Source: Camelus ferus (lineage: Eukaryota). From it: DNA of 64,000 bases. Position numbers and translations under genes: made by a program. The first letter of the stretch is position 1, and every line of letters begins with the position of its first letter. Location of the stretch: assembly GCF_009834535.1 (NCBI RefSeq), contig NC_045696.1:116314001-116378000 (forward strand). The letters are read 5' to 3'. This document shows, piece after piece, positions 13,396 through 26,712 of this stretch. A model generated the notes under the pieces. The model saw only the letters and a list, made by a program, of their open reading frames with translations, was not told where the DNA came from and made no database searches.

Positions 13396-13789
13396 GAATT
13401 TTTCCTATCTGTCCCCACCACCTGTTTTTCTCCCCAACATCTGTCCGTCCTGGCCATAATCAGAAACATGGGGAGACCTCTGTCTTTGGAAGGGAGGGGC
13501 CGGGTGCACACAGAGCTGAGGCAGAGCCATGATGGGGCCACGGCAGCAAGATAAGGTGACTGGTGTCAACAAGACACAGAGAACAGCGGTGAGACGCCAG
13601 AACCAATTTGGAAATTCTTGATCCCGCCCCTGGAAGTGGAAGAGCCCAGGCATTGGCGCCACCCCTCCAATCACGTCCCCTCTGCGCCCCCCCTGCTGCC
13701 CCAGCCCCCCATGAGGGACCCCCTACCACTCCTGCAACCAGTCCCGCTCACTCAGCACCCAAGCTGCACGCTCCTTCTTCCTACTGCCT

Positions 13790-14115
13790 GGAAGGCGCTT
13801 CCCCCAGCCCTTTCCGCTCCTGACTCTTAACTGTCACCTCCTCCGAGAGGCCTTCCCTAACTGTCCTTCCTGTGACCATGTCGCCACACCCTCCCCCATG
13901 CCTGCCATTGTGACTCCACTTATGCTACTTTGTTTCTCTTCAAGGCACTTATCACCATCTGCAAATATACTATTGACTTGTTGATGGTCTGCCTCTTCTA
14001 CTGAAATGTTAACTCCACAAGGGCGAGGACCCTCTCTTGCCCCCAATCCATCCCTCACACCTACACGAGCACCATGCACAGAGCAAGTGCACAGTAGGTG
14101 GTCCTTGGACGGATG
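13790..14115 (+). mobile_element. L2 3' fragment
   Basis: CACCTCCTCCGAGAGGCCTTCCCT...GCACTTATCACCATCTG...GCACAGTAGGTG. Confidence 0.65.
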
Positions 14116-14365
14116 GCTGGCTGCCAAGAAATCGATAAGCACACGCAAATAAAGATACTCAACTCAGCATACAAGCACGAAGGCTCTCAAGGAGAGTGAC
14201 ATGCTCAGAGGACTGTGGGTCTTTGTAGAGAGCCCTGCACGAGGAAGCACGCGCTTCAGCAAACCTGAGGCTGAGCGCCTTCCCACCTGAGCTGGCGGGC
14301 GGCAGATGCGCACAGATGAACCGTGAGAGGAAGAAGGAGAGCCTTTCAGAACGTTCAGGTCTCAC

Positions 14366-14511
14366 CTTGAATAGGTAGAAATACACCTGTTTGGTATCCG
14401 CATCTTCTTCCTTGTGGACGCAGGTGAAGAGATATTCCACGTCCAACACTATTCCCAGGAGTCTGTTCATTTCTTCCTCAGACACGTTCTCCAGGTGGGA
14501 AACGTGAGCCG
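14366..14511 (-). CDS. KAT2B: KAT2B exon 3, 146 nt: AAHVSHLENVSEEEMNRLLGIVLDVEYLFTCVHKEEDADTKQVYFYLFK
   Basis: PCAF peptide. Acceptor TCTGCAG|CGG, donor AAG|GTGAGA. Phase fits exon 2. Confidence 0.97.
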
Positions 14512-14592
14512 CTGCAGACAAAGAGTGAAGGGACACATGTGAGAAACTGGTGACACCAAGGACAGTCTCTGTTATAAAAGTGGGAGGTTCTT

Positions 14593-14760
14593 GGGGGAGC
14601 GTGTAGCTCAGTGGTAGAGCGCATGCTTAGCATGCACAAGGTCCTGGGTTCAATCACCAGCACCTCTGCTAAAATAAATAAACCTAATTACCTTCCCCCC
14701 TCCCAAAAAAAAAAAAAAAAACCACGAAAAGATTTTTTTTTAATTTTAATTAAAATAAAA
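14593..14760 (+). mobile_element. tRNA-Ala-derived SINE ~80 nt from exon 3 acceptor
   Basis: Head, CCTAATTACC motif, A tail, imperfect TSD TGGGA[G/A]GTTC. Confidence 0.87.
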
Positions 14761-15404
14761 ATGGGAAGTTCCCTCTCAGGAACCTTCTGGAATGTGATCC
14801 ACTGGATTTCATTGCACATAGAGGAATTTGTGGAACCCCTGGAAGACTGAGGTGTTCTCTCAAAATTGACTCATGACTAAGAGGCTACCACCTTGTCAAG
14901 CACAAGCCTGCCTCCACCACTAGTGGCGAATGTATGGTTTTGAGATCTGGAACTTGTTGGCACCATGTCTAGACATGAGAGTGTTAAATTCTTATAGTAA
15001 CTTTCCATGTAAGCTGATTCTCCACCACACCAAGAGGGTCCTCGAGGTGCAGTCAGGATTTGAGGACTGGGGGTTCAAAGGGACACAAAAATCAAGCCCC
15101 CCAAAGGTGTGGTTCTAAGCCCTGGGAGTGGTCCCGTCGGCTGAGAACATCCCGTATCAGTCAAGACTGAATGAAGCCCTTTTCCTCAGCCCTTCTGAGA
15201 CGCAGTGTGGACACCACCCCGTCTCTGCAGCAAAGCCCCGAGGTCTGTGTGAGTTTGACATTCAACATCCTCCACAATCACGCCCCCAAACCTACTCTTC
15301 CGCCCTTTAGCCTGTGGTCTCACTGAGGGTAGGTGGCGTCACCACCGGCCTCCTCCTTTCTACTCCCCCACCCCCTCTTCTACCCAATTCCAGTCCATTT
15401 CGAG

Positions 15405-15550
15405 GTTAACCCATTTTATCCTCAACAAATGCCATGAAGTAGGTCTCAGTAATCCCATTTTAATGTTCAGGAAACTGAGGCTCAGAGAGATGGAACATTG
15501 TTTCCTTTAGTGCCACCCAGCCAGTAAGGCAGAGCCGGGTCTGGAAGCAA
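15405..15550 (-). mobile_element. MIR
   Basis: CCCATTTT...GGAAACTGAGGCTCAGAGAG. Confidence 0.7.
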
Positions 15551-16507
15551 AGAACGCCTGACCCGCATTCCAAGGTGCCCACACCCACAAGTCCGGGATG
15601 ATCAGCTGACTCACCACTAAGGGCTCCCTGCCTGGGGCACCCGACAGCGAACCAGGAGCCCTGCGCCTGGGCGGGGCCGCGGCCCTGGTTTCTCACCACT
15701 GCTCCTGTGCGGGGACAGCGCCAGCTCCGAGAGTGAGCCTCTCAGGGGTGGCCCTCGGAGCGGGGGCTGAAACCACCTGCAGGGAGAGGTGCTGGGGACG
15801 GTTTCTAAACAAAGACTAAACTGGGGAGAAGGGTGACGGGCTTTCCCTTGCCTTTTTAAGGGGCGATGGAACTAAAGGTGCTCAAGGGACAATCCAGGTG
15901 TCAGGCGTGGGGCAGTCCACACCAGAGACCACCGTGCCTCTGTCATCAAACCACGAAGCTCACTCAAAGGCCTGGGAGAGAGAGCCCTGCCGGTCCCCTC
16001 CCAGGTCCCCTTCGCTCCCCACCTGGGAGCACACCTGCTGCTTCCACCCCCACGAGCAGCTCCATCTCCCCCATCACTGTAATCTGCTGCCAGCCACACC
16101 GTCAAGAACAGCCTTCAACCAAAGATGGAAGGAAGACGTGACCCCAGTTCATCCCCCTCTCAGGGGAGTAACTCTGGGGTAAGTCTCTATATCCCCCCGC
16201 AGAGTTCCACACCCATCGCCCTCAGGGGGAACTGGCTTAGTAACACACCCCTTACTGGCCCCCTCCTCCTCCCTGTCTCACTTCTCCGCTCCCCTACCTT
16301 CATCCCAAATGAACCAGGACTTGCACCCAGATCCTTGTCTTGGATTCTGTTTCTGTAGGAGCTCACACTAAGGCATCGCATCATTCCAGGGAGTTAAGAG
16401 GATTACATACCAAGAGGGTGGGCCTTCCACGTGTCCACCAGGAAGCCAGACTAAAGGGGTCAAGTCAGAGGAGCAGAGGCCGCCCACCTTTCATGCCTAC
16501 CTTAAAA

Positions 16508-16648
16508 TTTTTTATTAAAAAAAATTTTTTTGTTTTGGTATTTTTTGGGTGGGGTGATTAGGTTTGTTCCCTTGTTTATTTAATGGATTGAACCCAGGAC
16601 CTCGTGCATGCTAAGCACACACTCTACCACTGAGCTATATGCAGCCCC
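16508..16648 (-). mobile_element. tRNA-Ala-derived SINE
   Basis: Head with small deletion, T-rich tail on plus strand. Confidence 0.8.
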
Positions 16649-19319
16649 TACCCTGCTTCATCCTTTTCTAATGCAGAAAAGTAAGGGAAAGGCAGGGGGA
16701 AGGGCCCAAGTCATGGGCCACTGGCGATGCGCATGCACGTGCACCCCAAGAGGCCGTTTCTACAAGGTACGGAGGGGAAGGAGACTCTGAGAGGTCTGCC
16801 TTAGGCACTGTGGGTACAGCTCCACTTGGCAATGCCCACACTGAATTGTTACATTACAGAAATACAAAAAGTAATTCAGAGCTACTACTTTCTACTTGGC
16901 TACACAACCCACGGCTCCATCACTTTCTGAAAAATGCCCTTTTAGGTGGAACATTTGCAGAGTCGCCTTCTTTTTTTTTAAGGAGACAAAATATTTCGTG
17001 AGGTCAGTCTGCAGCCTCTGGGAGATGGGCCTTATTCTGGAGACAACTTGGTCACAAATATTTATGTCAGTTATTTCCAGAAACAATTTTATTTAAGATT
17101 ATTTTTGCCTTGCCATGTTTTAATCTCTTTCCAGTGATAAGCTATGAAAGCGATCAGTCTACAACAGAGTATAAATTCCTTCTGATTCTCCATAATGTGA
17201 AAGAGGTTAATTAAGGTGCTAACATACAACGTCTTTAATTTGCACCAGCACATGCCATGATTTATTTTTGAAACTGGTGGTTCACTTTCTTTAAGCCACC
17301 AACACTTTGCCCAGAGGAATCCTGTCAGCAGAATTAGAAAGAGTTGCTCTGGTTGAAACACCAGAGTGTTCAACCAGAAAGAGGTTGGAAGCTCCTATTT
17401 TCAGAATGGGGTGGTGGAGGTGGGGCAGGGGTCCAGCATCCCCTCCCCTGGCTGGGGTTCCATGGTTGGAAGACCCGTGTTTAGAACCATCTTCTGGCAT
17501 ATTCTGGAGAGGAGACTAGGTGAAAATTAAAATGCTTAAGAAACGAGACTTAAGGAGATTAGTTTCCCTCTGATGCTGCCCATAAGGGAATCTGCCCTCT
17601 CTCCTCCAAGCTCTGTGTGTGACCCAGCGTCCAGGGGTCCGAGGAGCTGGAGGGGGCGTGTAAATGAAGCAGCACCTTCCCAGAGGGAGGAAGGGTCAGG
17701 CTCTGCTGGACAAATGGGGCAGGACTTACCGCAGAAGAGGGGAGGAATCTCCCCCAGAATAAAGGACGGGTGGGGCTGGGGTGAAAGGGGGTACACTGAG
17801 GCAGAAGGATGGTACTGCATGGAAAGGGTTAAACGTCCTAGAATGAATGACAGAATCGGTGGTGGGGGGAGATGGGATGAAAATAGAGTGGACTATCTGC
17901 TTGAGAAGGGAAAAGAGAAGGTCTGGACAGGTTGTCATGACAGAGAAGCTCCCCTGAAATGAGAGGGGACAAGGACAGTGGTGCTCACTGTAAACACACT
18001 TGTCACCCGGACCTGCCATGTTCTCCGACTCTGCGACTCTGGGCCCTTCACCAAGACTCCTTTTCAGCCTCTGAGCGCCCAGCGCTCAGCTTTCCCCTCT
18101 CACCAAATCCACATCACCAGCCAACCTCCCCTCCAGCTCAAGCCATCCCCACACCCAGCCTCAGTGCCTCCCGCCCCAACAACCAGCAGCCCCACCCTCA
18201 TGGCAGATTTGACTTGCAGACTGCAATCCTCATGGCCATCCTCAAAATTTTGACCTCCTCTTGCCAAGGAGCCAGCCACTCACTCCTTTACTGTCCTTCA
18301 CCCTCCATGGGGGGCCAGCCACGGGACTCAGCAGAGCTTCCTCATTGTCACCCCTCTCCCCCGGCTCCCACTATGGTCACCGGGATCTCAAGCCTTCAGA
18401 CCAAAACAGCCCCCGACTTTCCTCAAGCAACCCCATTTCTACCAAACCCAAGATGACTTCTGACTCTTCGGGGTGGCTGATGGGAATTAGACAGGACTCA
18501 CTCAGAAGCCCATAGTCCTTCCCAAGATACATTGACAAGCAGACACACTTCACTCTAACTGCAAAGCTATTTACTGAACTCATATTTAACCCAAAAGAGC
18601 CACTTACTATTGAAAAAAAAATTATTTGCTTAATCTTTTCCAAAGAAATCTTTTTGATGCAAATAAGTTCCCTTCAATTAACTAAAAATATATTTTCTTG
18701 AAGAGATATGCCTCTATTATTTACCAGCTGGGAGGCATACTATTAAAGAAAATAAAATAAAAATCTGTAAACTCCAAAGCACAAATCTACAGCAGTGAAC
18801 CTGCCACAGGACTCGTAACACTAAACACTGAATCAGTGCTATTTAAAGCTGTGATACATGCTCCCGAATCCGCCTGCTCCAATAAAGTTTGCATCAGTGT
18901 CCACAGTACCAGCCCTGCGAGAGAAGACTTCCTTCCCCACTCTCGCCAGCAGCAGAGAATCATACTCAGTCATTTAATCAGCCTTTTGGAAATTAAACAG
19001 GGTTCCCACTGTTTCAGTCTGCATTCACCGGACACCCTAGAGTTGTTTGTTTTCCCCGTTACCGTCCACTTGCATTTGCTCTTTTGTGCCCCGCCTATTC
19101 ACATCTTCTGCCTGCTTTTTTAGGAGGTGGGTCTTTTCCTTCCTGCCTTGAAAGAGACCTCTGTCTGTCCTCCTCTTTGCAAATGCTCCTGGATTTTGCT
19201 GGGGTTTTGGTTTGCTGGGGTTTGGGTTTGGTTAGACGCGACCTGTAAATTTTTTAGAAAGCCGAATCTATGTTTGGCATTTCTTCAAGGCCTGGCTTGC
19301 AAAGAGGTCTTCCCCATAC

Positions 19320-20820
19320 AACCAAAAGATGACGAAAATGGATGTTCTCCCGGAACATTTAAAATACAAAACAGTCCTCCACCAAAACGTCAATATCATA
19401 AAAGACTGAAAAAAAACACACAAAACAAAAAGGTAGAGGAATTGTGCCAGAGCAGAGGAGACTACAGAGGCCTGCCATGATGCTGTGGTGCTGTGATTTA
19501 TAAGAAACATGTATTTGGCCTTCGTCCCCTTTGCTAGCACAATGCTCCCTAAAACCTTTGGCATCTCATCAGTAATGACAGCAATAAAGGTGACAGGAGT
19601 GTCTGCTGTTACTCACAACAAGCCCCTTTCAACCACACCTAAGTGAATGGACTCGTGGAAAGCCCTGAGGATGGAGACTGGTTGCCAAGGAAACCAAACA
19701 GGTGAGTCCATCCTCTCCACCCCTGGGAGGGGAGCAGGTCTGGAGGTGGAGCTGATCACTAACAGCCAATGATTTGACCACCATGCCTACGTAATGAGGC
19801 CTCCGTAAAAACCTTAACTGAAGGGGTTTGCAGAGCTTCCTGGTTGGTGAACCCTTGGAGGTACCAGGAGGGTGACTTGCTCAGAGAGAGCAGAGAAGCC
19901 CCTATGTTCCTCCCCAACCCCACTCTACGTATGTCTTCCGCACATCTGGCCTTTCGTCACCTGCATCCTTTTATAACAAACTCGAAGTCTAGAATGTTAC
20001 CTGTTTTCCTGAGCTCCGTGAGCCACTGTAGGAAATCATCTAACCCAAGGAGGGGTCATAGGAATCTCTGATTTGCAGCAAGTCAATCAGAAGTGTGAAT
20101 GATAACTTGAACTTGGAATTGGCATTGCGGGGGCAGGGTGCAGACCGAGCCCTCACCCTGTGGGGTTTGCACTAACTACAGGCAGATAGTGGCAGACTTG
20201 AGCTAAATCGTAGGCCGCCCAGTCGGTGTCCGCTGGAGAGCTGGAGGATTGCTCGGTGTGGAAACTCCACACGTCTGGTGTCAGAAGCGTCTGGAAGCAG
20301 TAGGTGTGAGGAGAGCAGACAAACTGTGTCTTCCTTTCATATGACAATTAAATACGTATGTGACTCTAGACTGGATGCTTAGTGGAGAGGAAACTATGCC
20401 CTAAAAGACATTCTGAGGTCAACTAATAATAAAGCTGGAATACAAACAGCAGATTAAGCATTACATCAACGTTAAAATGTACTGAAGTCGGTAACTAGAC
20501 TGAGGTTATGTAAAAGAATATCCTTATTTTTAGAAAAGTTAATACTTAAGTATTTAGGAGGGAAAAGCCACAACATAAATGTAACCGATTCTCATACAGT
20601 CCAGGAAAAAAGTATAACACATACAAATACACACACAGACGCGCATATATGGTATCAGTCTGGTGGGGGGCACATAGGAGAATAAATAACAAAGCAAACA
20701 GGGCAAAATGTTACCAATTGGTACATTTGGGCAAAAGACACACGGGCTGTTCCTTGTTACTATCCTCAAGACTTTTCCGTAAGGTAGAAATTACGTCCAA
20801 ATAAAGTCTTTTAAAAAACC
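19320..20820 (+). mobile_element. Old L1 (L1MC-like) 3' end split by an LTR
   Basis: L1MC-like sequence at 19320-19480 resumes at 20343-20820. Confidence 0.6.
19483..20342 (+). mobile_element. Solo LTR, MER21-like
   Basis: Starts TGTGGTGCTGTGATTTATAAG; recalled MER21 motifs AAGCCCCTTTCAACCACACCT, GCCAATGATTT...CATGCCTACGTAATGA, TGGTGTCAGAAG. Confidence 0.75.
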
Positions 20821-21546
20821 TTTTTTCCACTTGGAATTTGATCATCAAAGGTGAAGGACTCTGCTTTCACTTCAAATCACCTTCCAAGAGCCTGGTGCAA
20901 AGCACTGAAAGAATTACCGAGAATGGCCAACCCCTGACTTGCGGGAAAAGCACACTTCTGGGGGTCAGCCACCACGTGCGGACAGCGGGGCGGGGACGGG
21001 GTGGGGGGCGGGTGTGCATCAAGGGCAGGGAGGCTCTGCTGGCCTACATCTCCAGCGGGGCGGATCCTGCCACTGAGCAGTGCTGCGTCAGACCTGCAAA
21101 CACCCAGGGTGCCAGAGCGACCTGCCAACACCTGCTGCCAAGAATCATGGCGCAGCGGCGGCCTCGCTGGGAACAGGAGGCACGCTGTCTCTGTGGGCCA
21201 TGACCTTCACTCACTGAGCTCTGGCTGCACGGCTCCAGGCTGGTCCTCTGTGCCCCGCGGGCCAACAGGCAGCAGCTGGGTGGGCCACAGACACCAGGAA
21301 GAAGCAAAGGGCCCCCCCGCCAAGAAGGGTCTGTATGCGGTTCAAATCCTACAGCTGTCTTTTTAGTATTCTCTGCTCATGGGAATTTGAGGTCAAGGCC
21401 AGAAAAGGTCAAAAGAAGTCCCTCCATGACACCTTTTAAGTTGATTATGTGCAAAAGGCTGATCATTTATAAGCGGTCTCATCGTTAGTGATCTGAGACA
21501 TGGACTGGAGAGAAAGGGTCGTTTAAGATTAAGAACCCTTCAGGGA

Positions 21547-22085
21547 GTTCAGTCCAACAGAAATATAATGTGAGCCACATGGATACATTTAAATAGTCTA
21601 GTAGCCACTTTTAAAAGGTAAAATGAAACAGGTGAATCAGGATTTGCAGATACACATTACTCTATGTAAAGCAGATAAACAAGGTCCTACTGTACAGCAC
21701 AGGGAACTATATGTAATAGCTTGAAATAGCTTATAACGAAAAAGAACATGAAAAGGAATATATGTGTGTATATATGTATAACTGACCCACTATGCTGTAC
21801 ACCAGAAACTAACACTACATTATAAACCGACTACACCTCAATAAAAAACATTGTTAACGAAGTAGGTGAAGTTAATTTTAATTAACTAATTTTATTTAAA
21901 CTAATATATACCAGATCAGTCACTTAATATGTACTCAGTATAAACAATATTTTACTTTCTTTCATTATATTAAGGCTTCAAGAGCAGTATGCATTTTCCA
22001 CTGGCAACGCATTTCAGTTCGTGCAGCCACACTTCCAGTGTGCTCGCCGGTCACACATGGCCGGTGGCGCCTATGTTGGGCAGAA
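21547..22085 (+). mobile_element. MER33-like, L1-interrupted
   Basis: GTCCAACAGAAATATAATGTGAGCCACAT start, GTTGGGCAG end. Confidence 0.75.
21637..21858 (+). mobile_element. L1 3' UTR fragment inserted in MER33
   Basis: L1 3' motifs, imperfect TSD GAA[AC/GT]AGGTGAA. Confidence 0.8.
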
Positions 22086-23172
22086 CACCATCAACGGCAC
22101 CTACATGAGGTCCCGATCGAACACCACAAAAGCTTTCAAATAAATAAATGCAACCAGCTGTTTTGTCAGTGTTACCAAATTCAATGAACACCTCCCAATC
22201 CAATTAAGCCCAAGATGCCAGACATACTAGGAACCAGAGGAAAAGTCAGCCCTACATCTCAGTCCAGTACAGAAAACCAACGCGGATACAAATAACTAGA
22301 TGATACAAGCAGAAACCCTGCGACGCAGCTCCGAGGGGGTCTTTATTCGCTGCACCACGGGCTGGCATGGTCAGGCCTTGGGGGTGGGCAGGGCTCCCCC
22401 CGTGGGGAAAGCAGCAGAGGCCCTGCAGGAGCTGTGGCCTCCATATCCAAGGCAGGGGTGGGAGAAAGTGTGAGGGACCCTCAGAGATGCTGGAGCAGCC
22501 CGGGGAGCAAAATGCAACACAGGCGGAGGGGGGAAGGCCAGGGACAGAGGCCAGAGCCACCCGCACACTCAGCTGAAGACAGACTCCGTCCTGAGAATGA
22601 TTAGATGCCCAGAGGGTGGAAGAGGAGAACAGGGTCAGGTTGGACCACAAGCACCTTCTCGGGAAGCCAGGTGCACACGAGTGGGGATGGGGACTCCAGG
22701 TGCCGCTGCAGGGTACCACAGCACACAGGGGAGTGGCCTGATTCGGGCTGTGCCAGCAGGAGGTGCGCTCAGAGAAAAGCAACAGGGCTTCAAGACCCGA
22801 GGAGAGCAAGGAAATGTAAGAATTTACCCCAAGTCAGCAGGAAAAATACCACCAGGTTTATCCCCTTAATTTCTGATGTCCCAGCCTCACAGCTCCTGGC
22901 TCTGACATCAGAGTAGAAAAGATGGAGGAAGACACAGGTCCCCCAGCCAAGAGGAATACGCAGACTTGACCCAGGCGGCTGTGCCCGCGTGCTGGCCGGC
23001 CCCAGAGCTACGGCCTGTGGCATCTGCAGGGGACACGTGTAAATGGGGACCAGGCGTGACGGACTATGGGAGGGCTGTGCACGTGTCCAAGGCCGGAGGA
23101 GAGGTGCTGGGTCAGCTGTCCGTGAGAAAAGCACTGGTAAGGCCCTTCATACTTCATACTGGGGTCATTGTT

Positions 23173-23239
23173 TAATTTTTTTTTTTTTTTTGGAGGTGCG
23201 GGGATTGAACCTAGGACCAGTGCATGCTAAGCATGGGAT
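23173..23239 (-). mobile_element. 5'-truncated tRNA-derived SINE
   Basis: Partial head, poly(A), TSD CTGGGGTCATTGTT. Confidence 0.8.
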
Positions 23240-23740
23240 CTGGGGTCATTGTTCATGCTGGTCTTTACTTTCCTTGGAAAATTTCTACTGTAAATAAGTA
23301 GGTAAGCGGAGGCAACCATAGTAATAAAGGAACACCAGTTTCCACTTCTGTAATGTTTAAATAGGTGTGTGTATCAGGAAAAAAAAAATGATGACACTGA
23401 AAAATAATCAGAAACTTACATCAAACTAAAAAAATATATATTCACTATTCAAATTTAATAATCAGTATGTTCCATCATAGTTCAAAACAGGGGCAAAATG
23501 ACAACAAAAATTCCAACTGTGTTTTGATCACAACGGTGTGTTTCCTCCCGTCCTGGTCACAGAAGCAGATCACCATTCCAACAAGCAGTCCCCAAATAAG
23601 GAATTTTAATTAAAACTAAAGTAAGGAGGAGTGTGTGGGGCCCACTGCAGGACATTTTGTCAAATTTTTGTAAACTGAACTCGATTATACCAGTGCCAAA
23701 TATCAAATGATTTCAGACAATGGACTAGAACATTCTGGGC

Positions 23741-24700
23741 CAGCACGCTCCAATAGAAATATAATGGAGATCCATCAACAGATGACTGGATAAAGAAGAG
23801 GTGGTATGTTTATACAATGGAATACTATTCGGCCACAAAAACCAACAACATAATGCCATCTGCAGCAACATGGATGTTCCTGGAAAATGTCATTCTAAGT
23901 GAAGTTAAGCCAGAAAGAGAAAGAAAAATACCATATGAGATGGCTCATATGCAGAATCTTAAAAAAAAAAAAAAAACAAACATAAATACAAAACAGAAAC
24001 AGACTCATAGACATAGAATACAAACTTGTGGTTGCCAGGGGGATGGGGAGGTGGGAAGGGACAGCCTTAGATTTCAAAATGTAGAGCAGATAAACAAGAT
24101 TGTACTGTGTAGCACAGGGAACTATATACAGGATCTCGTGGTGGCTCACAGTGAAAGAGAATGTAACAATGAATGTATGTGTATGTTCATGTATAACTGA
24201 AAAACTGTGCTCTACATTGGAATTTGACACATTGTAAAATGACTAGAATTCAATAAAAAAAGTTTAAAAAAAAGAACATAGTGATTCAAAAAAAAAGAAA
24301 AGAAATATAATGGAGGCCACACACGTAATTTTAAGCTTCCTAGTAGCAACACTGAAAAAAGAAACAGTGTAAAGTTAATTTTAATAATATATTTCATAAA
24401 GAATATGAAAACAAATATATGTATGTGTATGCAAGACTGGGACGTTATGCTGTGCACCAGAGACTGATACATTGTAACTGACTGTACTTCAATAAAAATA
24501 ATTACTTAAAAAATAATAATATTTCATTAACCCAATACACCCCGAGTATCATTTCAACATGTAATCACTAGCTTCTTTTTTCACACTAAGCTTTCAAAGT
24601 CTGGCCTATATTTCACAGCTACAGCTCATCTCAGTTTGGATTCACTACCATTCAAGTGCTCATTACCAAACTCAGCGAGTGGCTATGGTATTGGACAGCA
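23741..24700 (+). mobile_element. MER33-like, interrupted by two L1 pieces
   Basis: TCCAATAGAAATATAATG start, GTATTGGACAGCA end; second L1 piece ~24398-24515. Confidence 0.78.
23770..24300 (+). mobile_element. 5'-truncated L1 inserted in MER33
   Basis: ORF2 C-terminal remnant (MEYYSA...AATWM), perfect TSD AGAAATATAATGGAG at 23755-23769 and 24301-24315. Confidence 0.9.
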
Positions 24701-26164
24701 GAGGTCCAGGAGAACAGTTTCATTCTGCGGATGAAGATATGAATGGACGGCAAAACAGTGAAGGGACCTGTAAACCGCTGAGCCGGGCCTGGAATTCTTA
24801 TCTCCCAGCTTGCAGCGGAATGTTCTTTCCATTTGATGACACTCAGCCCTGTGTTTCACACCAGGAGACACAGAGGAGTATCAAATGATGGCGGGCCAAG
24901 GACAGCCAGATGGGAGTAGCTGTCAGGAGACCACGTGAAACCGGAGCTCACTGTCAAAAGACTGTGCCTGGCTGGGCCAAAGGCTACCCAGGGCAAATCA
25001 ACAGAACAGACACCATTCTCAATCGATAGGCCTGAATGTTCTGTTTTGACAAGTCCTGGCGTGTTACATAGATTGACACACGTGTATGACCGCTGGAGAC
25101 TAAAATCACCATGCTCGGAGCAGGGACTGGGAGGAGGCACAAAGTCCACAAACTGAAACGTTTTTGAGAATCCAAGCTTGCCTGATGCTTAACAGAACTC
25201 CCCCAACCTCTATTTTGTTGGTAAGATTTAAGCAGCAATCTGCATGAATAAGAAAAGATGTCTGAAACTTGCTTAAAATACTTGGGCAAAAAAAAAAAAA
25301 GTAGGGGAAGGAAATTAGACGTGAACCATTGTCAAGGCTGGGTGGTGGATACAAGGCTGTTTATTAAACGATGCTTCCTACCTTTATGTATGTGTGAAAT
25401 TTTCCACAATAAAAAATTATTTTTTAAGGGTAGAGGAGGGAGACATAATCACAGGAAAATGTGTCCTAGAGCCCTGACACTAAGACCAAGAAATAAACTA
25501 TCGCATTCCGGCGATAACCCTAAGATCACTTGAAAATGTGCAGACATTTCAGTTTTAAGGAAGCAGACTTGAAGACAGAGAAGGAAGGAAGGAAAAGGGG
25601 GGAAATATTTTGAAAGTGCCCGTAACCCCAGTATCCTGAGAAAATTCCCGTCAGCAGCTCAGCATACATCCTTCCAGACCTTCTCCTGTTCGTATGTAGT
25701 ACAGCATACGTTTCATTACCTGCACCAACGAAATGAGGTTACATGTGTGGTGCCGTTTCTGTGTTGGCAGCCCTCCAGCTGGTTCTTGGAGAGGGAAACT
25801 CAAGGTCAGACGAGTGACAGATAACTGCGCTCATCAGGGCCCCTCCTGTGAGGATTTAAATCCTGAGCCAACACTCCCAGGGACCGAGGGAGCTGGAGCT
25901 GGACCACCCAGTGTCCTAGACAGAAGGTCTACGAACTCCTGCCACCGGGATCCCAGGACCAGGCTGATGCCGGGTTTCCCTTCGTTTGCAGCTTGTGGAA
26001 GCTCCCACGACCCTCAGAAACACTGTTTCCTCACGTAAATTAGGCAGAGCTCACGTCTGTCATTGGAAGTGAAGAACCCTGAGAGTCCTGGAACGCTATG
26101 CTAACAGGAGCTAATAAGGATGCAGTTAATCGGCCAAGAAAAAGGCAAAAATTTTCATCTGCCT

Positions 26165-26360
26165 TAATTCATTTAATTCTCACAGCACTCCTGTGAGGTA
26201 AATACTACTATTAACTCCATTTCAGAGCTGGAAAACTGGAGGTCCAGGCAGATTCAGTAATATGCCCCAATAATAATACATTACATTTAATCTAATATAT
26301 TCAATAATATTAAATAATAGCCCCAGCTCACAGCTCCTGGCTGCGATTTGAACATGGGCT
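26165..26360 (-). mobile_element. MIR
   Basis: TTAATTCTCACAGCA..CTGTGAGGTA...CCATTTCAGA...GAAAACTG. Confidence 0.6.
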
Positions 26361-26578
26361 GGTGGATCTTGTCATTTGGTCCTAAATTATAAAACCTCCG
26401 ATTGAGCTGCTTTCTGACCTGCTTTTTTTCATTAATAATGTTCTAAGAATGTCTTTCCGTTCTATCCATGTTAAGATGATGGAAAATACATTTTAATAGC
26501 CATACTAAATATTATAGTATAGGTTTTCATAATTCAACCAATTATCTCCTACACTGGGATATTTAGGTTGCTTCTAGT

Positions 26579-26712
26579 TTTTTATTTTTTTTTATTTGAT
26601 GGGGGGATAATTAGGTTTATTTATTATTTATTTTTAATGGAGGTACTGGGGATTGAACCCAGGGCCTCGTGCATGCTAAGCATGCACTCCACCACTGAGC
26701 TATACCCTCCCC
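26579..26712 (-). mobile_element. tRNA-Ala-derived SINE
   Basis: Near-consensus head, tail motif, TSD TTCTAGTTTTT. Confidence 0.87.
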
